Of a stretch of 15,785 nucleotides of DNA, positions 1 through 7,124 are shown one piece after another. Below the pieces are notes generated by a model, which was given only the letters and a program-made list of their open reading frames with translations, had not been told where the DNA came from and did not search any database. Numbering within the stretch: the first letter of the stretch is position 1; each line of letters opens with the position of its first letter. Source of the stretch: Candidatus Pacearchaeota archaeon (lineage in GTDB: Archaea > Nanobdellota > Nanobdellia > Pacearchaeales > GW2011-AR1); contig JASFEO010000018.1 of assembly GCA_050124795.1 (NCBI GenBank), positions 1 to 15,785 of the forward strand, given 5' to 3'. The translations under genes and the position numbers were made by a program.

Positions 1-56
1 AGCGAAAGACATTTATTTGAGAATGTTTTTATTACATTTCTCATGTATCTATGAGT

Positions 57-77
57 AAGTAGGGCTTTGCCCTACTT
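57..77. repeat. Perfect 9-bp inverted repeat (hairpin)
   Basis: AAGTAGGGC-TTT-GCCCTACTT in non-coding DNA. Confidence 0.7.
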
Positions 78-173
78 TAATATTTCTTTAAATTTTAGAA
101 TTACGAATTTTCATCGGAGATACTGTTTTGGTTTTTGTCGACAAGAGAATGGGCTTAAGGTTTTAAATATGTT

Positions 174-303
174 AATGGACCTGCCTGGCTCCTGACCTCG
201 CACGAAGTTTTTATTTTTTTATCCTGAATTTTTTTGAACTTCTACCACGAAGTCACTCGGTCGAACAAAAGAAATCTTCTTGAGTTTAGTCCGACGTAAC
301 GGC
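174..303 (-). ncRNA. Candidate structured ncRNA / tRNA-linked element, tRNA-Ala copy
   Basis: Shares GGACTA..AAGAT, CCGAG, GTGGTAG and CGTGC motifs and a covarying 7-bp helix with 4085..4190; ends in a copy of the tRNA-Ala 3' end (174..185 = 432..443). Confidence 0.65.
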
Positions 304-315
304 AAAAAATCAATG

Positions 316-341
316 AACCAATCTCCGAAGGAAGATTGGTT
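316..341 (-). terminator. Hairpin after the tRNA-3'-like sequence at 344..351, possible terminator or processing signal
   Basis: AACCAATCT (316..324) / AGATTGGTT (333..341), followed on the minus strand by a T6 tract. Confidence 0.45.
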
Positions 342-343
342 AT

Positions 344-399
344 ATGGACCTAGGAGTTCATCAAACACAAAATCCTAGGAATTAGTCCAACATAACGAC
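344..399 (-). repeat. Short version of the tRNA-Ala-linked element
   Basis: 382..399 matches 286..303 at 15/18; contains GTGTTTGA (T-loop-like); ends AGGTCCAT like tRNA-Ala. Confidence 0.6.
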
Positions 400-404
400 A
401 TTCG

Positions 405-427
405 AAAACGATGTCTAGAAGACATCG
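405..427 (-). terminator. Hairpin plus T4 directly after tRNA-Ala
   Basis: CGATGTCT (409..416) / AGACATCG (420..427), then TTTT on the minus strand. Confidence 0.5.
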
Positions 428-433
428 CGAGAA

Positions 434-505
434 TGGACCTGCCGTGAGTCGAACACGGGTCTCCTGAGTGCAAATCAGGTATCTTAGCCATTGGACAACA
501 GGCCC
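434..505 (-). tRNA. tRNA-Ala(UGC)
   Basis: Cloverleaf GGGCCTG/CAGGTCC-A with G3:U70, anticodon arm CCTGA-TT TGC AC-TCAGG, T-loop TTCGACT; no encoded CCA. Confidence 0.97.
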
Positions 506-549
506 CTTGTAAAAATAGACAATCTTTTAGTTTTTAAACTTTTACCGTT

Positions 550-840
550 TTAGATATTAGAATAAATTCCCTCTAGGAATGATTTAAGAAAAGGCGTTTC
601 TTCTCTAAAATAATCACAAGGCAAATCAGGATTGTTTCTCGCCTCTTTTTCAAATCTCTCTTTAGTAATGGGCACATATCCCCTTCCAACAAAAAAGGCA
701 TGCCCAGTTATAGAAGTAGTTAATGCTAATTTTGTAAGTTCACTTTTATCTTCAAGAATTCCTTGGTAAAAATATCCCAGACATTCCAGAGCATTTTGTC
801 TTTCTTTAACTTTTTTCAGAAAGTCTTTTTCTTCTGGCAT
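550..840 (-). CDS. Hypothetical protein (~96 aa)
   Basis: ORF; ATG at 840 preferred because a TATA-like TTTTTAAA lies ~25 nt upstream. Confidence 0.65.
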   Translation of the reverse strand: MPEEKDFLKKVKERQNALECLGYFYQGILEDKSELTKLALTTSITGHAFFVGRGYVPITKERFEKEARNNPDLPCDYFREETPFLKSFLEGIYSNI

Positions 841-891
841 AATCCAAATTAACAATTAGTGTTTAAAAATATTTATGTGGTGAGTTGAGAA

Positions 892-1120
892 TTATTTTGG
901 TAATCTTTCAATGTTAATTATAGAATCTAAAGATATTCTAGCTAATTTTCCCTTATCAGACATAATTACATATTCTTCGATAAATGAAGAAGTTTCATCT
1001 CTAAATTCTAAATAATTTCCTTCTATTTCCTTTTTTTTTATTAAGAGCAGGAATTTCATGGTTAACTTTAATTCTTTCTCCCTTCCTTAATTTCAATTTT
1101 TCAAGTTCTTTGTATTCCAT
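892..1120 (-). pseudogene. Small hypothetical gene (~75 aa) frameshifted at an A9 tract
   Basis: MEYKELEKLKLRKGERIKVNHEIPALNKK from 1120 joins KEIEGNYLEF...SIINIERLPK* (stop 892) if one A of 1031..1039 is removed. Confidence 0.55.
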
Positions 1121-1136
1121 TTCTTTAGAAACCTCT

Positions 1137-1160
1137 TTAATTAGAATGCAAGTGAAAGCT
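1137..1160 (-). other. 3' strand of the 16S pre-rRNA processing stem
   Basis: 1137..1148 is complementary to 2895..2906 (12 bp); 1152..1160 is complementary to 2839..2847 (9 bp). Confidence 0.75.
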
Positions 1161-1220
1161 TTAATCTCGCTGTAGAGTTATAATAATTTTTAATTTTATT
1201 TTAGTTCATAAAATTAAATT

Positions 1221-2660
1221 AGGAGGTGATCCATCTGCAGGTTCCCCTACAGATACCTTGTGACGACTTAACCTACCTTGTCTACCCAAAGTTTTCCCCG
1301 AAGGTTTCACCATAAATAAACTTGGTTGGTTTGACGGGCAGTGTGTGCAAGAGACAGTGACTTATTCACCGTTCGCTGATAACAAACGATTACTACGGAT
1401 TCCAGCGTCACGAGGCTGAGTTACAAACCTCGATCTGGACTGAGACGAACTTTAAGGGGTTGGCTCCACCTTTCGGTGTTGCATCCCGTTGTATTCGCCA
1501 TTGACGCGCGCGTGTAGCCCAGGGTATTCGGGACGTACCACCTGACGTAGCCCACACTTTCATCCTCGTTACCAAGGCAATCTCACTATAGTTCAAATAG
1601 TAAATAGTGATGTGGGTCTCGCCTGTTACCTGATTTAACAGGTCACTTCACAGCACAGGCTGACGTCGGCCATGCATCTCCTCTCAGCGTGTCAGGTAAG
1701 CCCTTTAGACTGACCTTCATCCTGCTGTCGGTCCTGGTGAGGTTCGCCCTGTAAGATCGCATTGAACCGCACGCGTCACCCGTTGTAGTGTCTCCCCGCC
1801 AATTCCTTTAAGTTTCGGCCTTGCGACTATACTTCCCAGGTAGCACACTCTTCGGCTTCCCTACAGCACTAATACCTCCCGAAGAGGTACTAATGTTTAG
1901 TGTGCAGTGTTTACTGCCAGGACTACACGGGTATCTAATCCGTTTTGCGCCCCTGGCCTTCATCCCTTACTGTCAGAACTGTCCTCGTAAGATGCCTTCG
2001 CTATTGTGAGTCCGAATAAGATCAGAGCATTTTACTACTACTTTATTCGTACTTCTTACGTCTTCCAGTCTCTAGTTTGGCAGTACTTCCTGCCCGCTTT
2101 GCACTTAAGATACAAAATTTCACAGGAAACTTAACAAACAAGCTACGGATGTTTTAGACCCAATAAAAATGGCTGCGACTTGGACCGCGAGTATTACCGC
2201 GGCGGCTGGCACTCGTCTTACCCAGTCCTTATTCGCCAAACTTTTTACATTTGGCAAAAGTCTTTCGAATGAAAAACACTCTGGCTCAATCTGTCATACT
2301 TTCGTACATTGCAGAATATTCCTAACTGCTGCACCCCGTGGGGCTGGGAATAGTGTCTCAGATTCCCTCTCAGGGCCTCTTCGCTAAAAGCCCTTACAGA
2401 TCACCGGCTTGGTGGGCCATTACCCCGCCAACAACCTAATCCGGCGCAACCTCATCCTTGAGCACGAGTTTGGGAGATAAGTCATTCCAGGGCAAATCTC
2501 CTATCAGGTTTTAGACACAGTTTCCCGTGCTTATCCCTGACTCAAGGGTAGATTAGTTACGTGTTACTGAGCAGTTCGCTTACCTCTATTACTAAAGATA
2601 AAACTTGCATGTCTAAGCGCAAACCAGAGAGCCGCAGCCGCCAGCAGGATCAACTGGATT
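1221..2660 (-). rRNA. rrs: 16S rRNA (archaeal, DPANN-like)
   Basis: 5' AATCCAGTTGATCCTGC, GTGCCAGCCGCCGCGGTAA, ATTAGATACCC, AAACTTAAAGGAATTGGCGGG, 3' GGATCACCTCCT; ~1440 nt. Confidence 0.99.
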
Positions 2661-2838
2661 TAACAATTTCATAAATATTTATTTAATTAATATAAAAATC
2701 TCCATTGCGCAATTTGTTATATGTAAGACAAACAAATCACTTCACACAATTCCTAACTATCGGCTACTAACCATAATTGGTTGACTACAACTTGATGAAT
2801 TTCTTGATTATGAATAAAAAAGAAATTTCCACGATACT

Positions 2839-2906
2839 AGCTTTCACGTACATCATACCTTACGGCCATAAGTTTTAGCTTTTATTAAGGCAATCATTCT
2901 AATTAA
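2839..2906 (-). other. 5' strand of the 16S pre-rRNA processing stem
   Basis: Two blocks complementary to the 16S trailer 1137..1160, in nested order. Confidence 0.7.
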
Positions 2907-2926
2907 TAAAATTAGCAAATTTTAAG

Positions 2927-2943
2927 TATATAAATGTTTCTAC
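2927..2943 (-). promoter_or_regulatory. 16S promoter (BRE + TATA box)
   Basis: GTAGAAACA-TTTATATA just upstream of the leader stem. Confidence 0.7.
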
Positions 2944-3119
2944 GGGTTTCGTCGGAGGAAAAGATTGAAAAGTTGAGTTTGCCTACTAAGAGATTAAATC
3001 AAATCTCGATACATTTAATCAAGTCCCAACAAAACACTCTCAAAACTTTTAGGAGAAGTAATTGAATTAATCTAATTTGTTTTCACACCATAAAACTCAT
3101 ACCGAAATCAAAAAACTTT

Positions 3120-3290
3120 TCAGGAGATTTGCAAATAATTTATTTTTTTCCTAACTAAATAAACAATCAAAAAAATAAAAAATAAAATTACTCCGAAGTA
3201 AATAAAAAAATTCTCTTCAGGCTCTGGAAAAAAATAAAGAATAATCACGCCGATAACCACAACAAAAGGAATTAAGTTTTTTTGTTTCAT
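3120..3290 (-). CDS. Small membrane protein (56 aa, two TM segments), not in the ORF track
   Basis: MKQKNLIPFVVVIGVIILYFFPEPEENFFIYFGVILFFIFLIVYLVRKKINYLQIS; ATG directly abuts the DUF202 stop. Confidence 0.6.
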   Translation of the reverse strand: MKQKNLIPFVVVIGVIILYFFPEPEENFFIYFGVILFFIFLIVYLVRKKINYLQIS

Positions 3291-3554
3291 TTAATATTTT
3301 AGAATTTTCTTTTTCCTTGTTGAATGATAAATTAATCCCACCGCAACGAGGACAAAACTAAGAATAATTGCGCCAAACCCGGCATAAATTGATTTTGCAC
3401 TCTCGCCAAAAAGTTTTATCATTGCAATTCCAAGGACAAATGCAGCAAACCCTGTTCTGAGGTAAGCCAAAGTATTTCTCTCATTCGCGAGAATTGTCCT
3501 TTCCTGCGCCAGCTTATGATGGCTTAAAAGTTTTTTTAAAATATGTTTTTCCAT
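3291..3554 (-). CDS. DUF202/YidH-family membrane protein
   Basis: LAQERTILANERNTLAYLRTG motif followed by two TM helices. Confidence 0.88.
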   Translation of the reverse strand: MEKHILKKLLSHHKLAQERTILANERNTLAYLRTGFAAFVLGIAMIKLFGESAKSIYAGFGAIILSFVLVAVGLIYHSTRKKKILKY

Positions 3555-3645
3555 TTTCCTCTTTTAATAATTTATAAAAGAATCTTTAGTTTAAAAAAAT
3601 TTTGGAAAGATTATAATATCAATAAACTATTGATGGCACACAATT

Positions 3646-3957
3646 TCAGGAAAAGTCTTTTTCACTAGCGATTTTTTCTACCTCTTTCACCAATAGTTCT
3701 TGTCCTTCAGAACCAACAACAATTTCCAATCTCCTAGATTTTCCTTTTTCCATTGGTTCAACTCTAAATGCATAAAAATAATCCTCAGAAGTTACTACTC
3801 CATATTCTTGTTCTCTCCAATCAGGTCTTAATCTTCCTTCCTCAAGTGGACTCCTTATAACTGCATCCCCCTGCATCAAGATGTAATTAATCCCATGAAA
3901 TCTTATATTTTCAAAGGACTCATCATCAGAGGAAATCGCTAACTTTTTGTATTTCAT
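3646..3957 (-). CDS. Hypothetical protein (103 aa)
   Basis: ATG ORF with an upstream TTTAAA TATA box. Confidence 0.7.
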   Translation of the reverse strand: MKYKKLAISSDDESFENIRFHGINYILMQGDAVIRSPLEEGRLRPDWREQEYGVVTSEDYFYAFRVEPMEKGKSRRLEIVVGSEGQELLVKEVEKIASEKDFS

Positions 3958-4027
3958 AATTTCGTAATTAAAAATTACTTTTTAAATGTTTGTAGACAGA
4001 AAATATAGCTAAAACACAAAAGTATTT

Positions 4028-4083
4028 ATTCGCTTCGCTCTCGGCAAAGCCGAATACAAAACCCTATCTGAAGCTGTTTTGCA
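4028..4083 (-). other. Hairpins downstream of the tRNA-Val-linked element
   Basis: TCGGC-TTT-GCCGA and TGCAAAAC...GTTTTGTA on the minus strand. Confidence 0.4.
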
Positions 4084-4084
4084 T

Positions 4085-4190
4085 AATGGTCCATATCCCC
4101 CAAGCCTGCACGCAACTTTATGGGTTATTGTTACTACCACAGACTTGCTCGGAATTGAAGGAACATCTTATAGTGTCTAGTCCTATATCC
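4085..4190 (-). ncRNA. Candidate structured ncRNA / tRNA-linked element, tRNA-Val copy
   Basis: Same motifs and helix as 174..303; ends in TATGGACCA (4087..4095), which equals the tRNA-Val 3' end (4228..4236). Confidence 0.65.
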
Positions 4191-4227
4191 TCTACAAATA
4201 AATAATCTTGCTCTGTAATATTATAAG

Positions 4228-4299
4228 TGGTCCATAGAGGAATTGAACCTCTGTCTACTCGGTGTAAACGAGTCGTCTTAGCCATTGGACTAATGGACC
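4228..4299 (-). tRNA. tRNA-Val(UAC)
   Basis: Cloverleaf GGTCCAT/ATGGACC-A, ACTCG-TT TAC AC-CGAGT, AGAGG-TTCAATT-CCTCT. Confidence 0.97.
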
Positions 4300-4415
4300 T
4301 TTAACAATGCTACCTGCCAAAATAAGACAAATTAAGAATTTTTAAAGATTGCTATTCTCAAGATTTCCCAAGATTTTTTAAACACTTTTTTCTTAATAAG
4401 CTAAAGAGGTTGAAT

Positions 4416-5270
4416 ATGTTTTATATCCCGATTCTTGGAGCACTTGCACTTGCATCAGGCACAATTATGCAAAAAATGATTTTAAAAAAAAGAAGAGTCA
4501 GTGTTCAGACTTATATATCAGCTGAATTTCTCGCAATTATCCTCGCTATGCTCCCCTTTATTTATTTTTTCTGGAAACTTGAACCCGGCGCATTTCAAAC
4601 TTCAAGCATTGCAATACTTTTTTTGATTGTATTTTTTTCAGTAATCGCAAACATATTCAATGTCTATTCCATGAAGTGGGAAAAAGTCACAAAGCTTGAA
4701 CCTGCAAAAATGCTTGAGCCTCTCTTCACAGTTCTCCTTGCAATTGTTTTTAGTTTTGTCTTCGGAGCAGTTCTCTTTGAAAGAAATTTTCAAGTCATAA
4801 TTCCCGCGATAATTGCCGGAGCAGCATTAATTTTTTCACACATAAGAAAACACCATCTTGATTTTAACAAATATTTTATTTCACAAATCCTCGCAAGTTT
4901 TTTCTTTGCACTTGAACTTGTTATGGCAAAATTAATCCTTGAATATTATTCTCCAATAAGCTTTTATTTCACAAGAAGCCTTTTTGTCTTCATTGCAAGT
5001 TTTTTAATTTTCAGACCAAGACTTGATCTACTCAACAAAAAAACAAAATACCACATGCTCCTCATTGGATTTGTATGGGCGCTTTACAGAGTCGTAGTCT
5101 ATTACGGTTATTTAGAACTTGGAATAATTTTCACAACATTAATAATAATGCTCGGGCCAATTTTTATTTATTTTCTTGCATGGAAATTCCTGCATGAAAA
5201 ACTTCACTGGAAAAACACCGCCGCAGCAACAATTATAATTTTATGCATTCTTTATGTTATGATATTTTAA
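4416..5270 (+). CDS. EamA/DMT-family transporter
   Basis: ~285 aa, ~10 TM segments in two repeats (EPLFTVLLA; GPIFIYFLAWKFLHEK); GAGGT SD before ATG 4416. Confidence 0.88.
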   Translation: MFYIPILGALALASGTIMQKMILKKRRVSVQTYISAEFLAIILAMLPFIYFFWKLEPGAFQTSSIAILFLIVFFSVIANIFNVYSMKWEKVTKLEPAKMLEPLFTVLLAIVFSFVFGAVLFERNFQVIIPAIIAGAALIFSHIRKHHLDFNKYFISQILASFFFALELVMAKLILEYYSPISFYFTRSLFVFIASFLIFRPRLDLLNKKTKYHMLLIGFVWALYRVVVYYGYLELGIIFTTLIIMLGPIFIYFLAWKFLHEKLHWKNTAAATIIILCILYVMIF

Positions 5271-5507
5271 GATTTTATCTAACTTATTAAACATAAGGGG
5301 TTTTTCGCAATCAGCTTCAACTGCAATTAAAGGGGAGTTCTTTTTTTTAAAATATCTCTGTGCCAGGCAGTGATAACCCTCCTCAGTAATTCCGATGTCT
5401 CTTTGGATTGGGATAAATTCATGGGGGTTTTTCTCCCTCCATAGTTCGTATAGCTCACATTTCATACATTCAGGAGAGTAAATTTTTTTAGGTCTATGAT
5501 TCGCCAT
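5241..5507 (-). CDS. Hypothetical protein (88 aa, CxxC plus two further Cys)
   Basis: ATG ORF with a TATA box ~25 nt upstream; 3' overlap with EamA. Confidence 0.65.
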   Translation of the reverse strand: MANHRPKKIYSPECMKCELYELWREKNPHEFIPIQRDIGITEEGYHCLAQRYFKKKNSPLIAVEADCEKPLMFNKLDKILKYHNIKNA

Positions 5508-5529
5508 AATAAAAATTCCATTATTTAAT

Positions 5530-5550
5530 TTTTAAAGATTATTGTGATAA
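5530..5550 (-). promoter_or_regulatory. TTATCACAATAAT-TATA promoter repeat
   Basis: 20/21 identical to 6229..6249. Confidence 0.7.
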
Positions 5551-5558
5551 ATTGAAAA

Positions 5559-6206
5559 TCAATCCTCATTCCTTAAATCAAGAACCCCTTCTGTTCTTAC
5601 TAAATCATACAACTCTTTTCTTAACGCTTTTCTTGTTCTTAGAAAATATTTTGCAGAGGAATAATGTGCGCCGGCATTTGCAGGATAAAATGGAGAATCT
5701 TCACAAAATAAAAGTTCATCTGAAAAAGCTAATTCAAGAAACCCTTTTTTCCCTTCCATAGAAGTACAACCCCCGAAAAAATCAGGAGTTCTTTTATTAT
5801 CAAAATTAGTAATCCCGGGGTTTTCCCAATCAGGCTTAGAAAGCAAAATTCCCCCCCTAATAAGTTCGTCTTTATTTTTTATTCTTAGTCCTTTTATTGA
5901 AGGAACAATAAGTTCTTTTAATGAATAACCCAAAAGTCCTGGAGCAGTTATTGTTCCAAGAATTTGGTATTGGTCTCCATGTTCAAAAGTTCCTGTTATT
6001 TGTTTTGCTAATCCCTTTAGCAATTCATATGAAACAGAAAAAGGGTAAGTTAAGGTAATTAAATTCGGGTGTAAAATAAAATTCCAGTTTCTTTTTCTGA
6101 CTGGTTCAAGTTCAATCGGCGCAAGCATTCTCATGTAAATCTCTGTGAATTTTTTATTTGCCTCAGGTTCTTCTTCAAAATCAAAATCAAACATTCGGGC
6201 TCTCAT
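5559..6206 (-). CDS. Hypothetical protein (215 aa)
   Basis: Long ATG ORF with its own TATA box; no recognised motif. Confidence 0.8.
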   Translation of the reverse strand: MRARMFDFDFEEEPEANKKFTEIYMRMLAPIELEPVRKRNWNFILHPNLITLTYPFSVSYELLKGLAKQITGTFEHGDQYQILGTITAPGLLGYSLKELIVPSIKGLRIKNKDELIRGGILLSKPDWENPGITNFDNKRTPDFFGGCTSMEGKKGFLELAFSDELLFCEDSPFYPANAGAHYSSAKYFLRTRKALRKELYDLVRTEGVLDLRNED

Positions 6207-6228
6207 GGATATTATTAACAGTCTTGGG

Positions 6229-6249
6229 TTTTAAATATTATTGTGATAA
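6229..6249 (-). promoter_or_regulatory. TTATCACAATAAT-TATA promoter repeat
   Basis: 20/21 identical to 5530..5550. Confidence 0.7.
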
Positions 6250-6326
6250 CATGATAAAATCATCTTGCCTGCAATATAAAAAACTATTTAAACAACTTTC
6301 CAGTTATATTATAAAGAGGAAATAAA

Positions 6327-6830
6327 ATGGCAGAAAAAGAAAAGATTTTTTCAAGCAGTGTTAAATATGCAGGGATTTTTTCATTTAAAGATTTCTACAA
6401 GTTTTGCCATGAGTATTTAACAGAAGAGCTTGGATTTGGGATGGGCGAAGGAAAATACGAAGAAAAACTTGCAGGAGATGCAAAAAATATTGTTGTTGAA
6501 TGGAAAGGAGAAGACAAGGTTACTGATTATTTTCAATTTAAAATAAGTGTTTCATTTGAAGTCAATGGACTAAAAAATGTTGAAGTTATGGAAGGGAATA
6601 AAAAAGTAAAAACTAATGAAGGAAGTATAAAAGTAAAAATCAGCGGAACATTAGTCAGAGATTATCAGGGGAAGTTTGAAACAAGCGGATTTCAGAAATT
6701 CATGAGAAGCATTTATGAAAAATGGGTTATTCCTTCAAGAATTGACCAGTTTGAAGGAAAGCTTGCAGGCGACTGTGATGATTTTTTAGGACAGGCAAAA
6801 GCTTATTTAGATTTGGAAGGGAAAAAGTAG
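6327..6830 (+). CDS. Hypothetical protein (167 aa)
   Basis: ATG ORF, GAGG SD, TATTTAAA TATA box; globular alpha/beta composition. Confidence 0.88.
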   Translation: MAEKEKIFSSSVKYAGIFSFKDFYKFCHEYLTEELGFGMGEGKYEEKLAGDAKNIVVEWKGEDKVTDYFQFKISVSFEVNGLKNVEVMEGNKKVKTNEGSIKVKISGTLVRDYQGKFETSGFQKFMRSIYEKWVIPSRIDQFEGKLAGDCDDFLGQAKAYLDLEGKK

Positions 6831-6838
6831 TTGATAGA

Positions 6839-6860
6839 TTATCACAATAATTTATTTAAA
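6839..6860 (+). promoter_or_regulatory. Third TTATCACAATAAT-TATA promoter copy
   Basis: TTATCACAATAATTTATTTAAA, ending 21 nt before ATG 6882. Confidence 0.65.
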
Positions 6861-6881
6861 CAATAAAAATTTAATTTAATT

Positions 6882-7055
6882 ATGGAAGAAGAAAATCCTT
6901 ATGGTCTTGGAAAAGTTATTTCTACAACAAGAGCTTTTATGCAAGGTTCAAGAGAGAGTTTCCCTCCTCTTCCAAAAGGAACTCTTTTTGCAGAAGAACA
7001 TCCTGAACTTTATCAGGAAACTGGGGAATATCCAAAAGTGCTTTATAGAAAATAA
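6882..7055 (+). CDS. Small hypothetical protein (57 aa), not in the ORF track
   Basis: MEEENPYGLGKVISTTRAFMQG...YPKVLYRK fills the intergenic gap; leaderless promoter spacing. Confidence 0.7.
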   Translation: MEEENPYGLGKVISTTRAFMQGSRESFPPLPKGTLFAEEHPELYQETGEYPKVLYRK

Positions 7056-7124
7056 ATAATCTGCATTAGCAAATTATTAAATTATCACCGAAATCCTTAA
7101 ATATAAATTCTTTTTGTTTTTATT

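Noticed and set aside
381-390. ATTAGTCCAA matching the tRNA-Val D-arm in antisense, and AGGTCCATTA shared with the tRNA-Val 5' end
   Set aside because: Single 10-nt matches between similar tRNA sequences; not distinguishable from chance
174-433. CRISPR array
   Set aside because: Repeats are short, degenerate and irregularly spaced, derive partly from the tRNA end, and no cas genes are present
1408-2387. ORFs 1408..1596, 1821..2009 and 2169..2387
   Set aside because: They lie inside the 16S rRNA gene; there is no sign of an intron or insertion
3041-3127. Imperfect direct repeat AAAACTTTT(C)AGGAGA
   Set aside because: Short and AT-rich, only two copies, no associated structure
4085-4200. 5S rRNA, SRP RNA, RNase P RNA or group II intron domain V as the identity of the element
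   Set aside because: The diagnostic motifs (CCGAAC..GTTAAG, SRP helix-8 loop, GAGGAAAGTCC, paired AGC triad with GNRA loop) are not present
5552-5761. 69-aa plus-strand ORF
   Set aside because: Antisense shadow of 5559..6206
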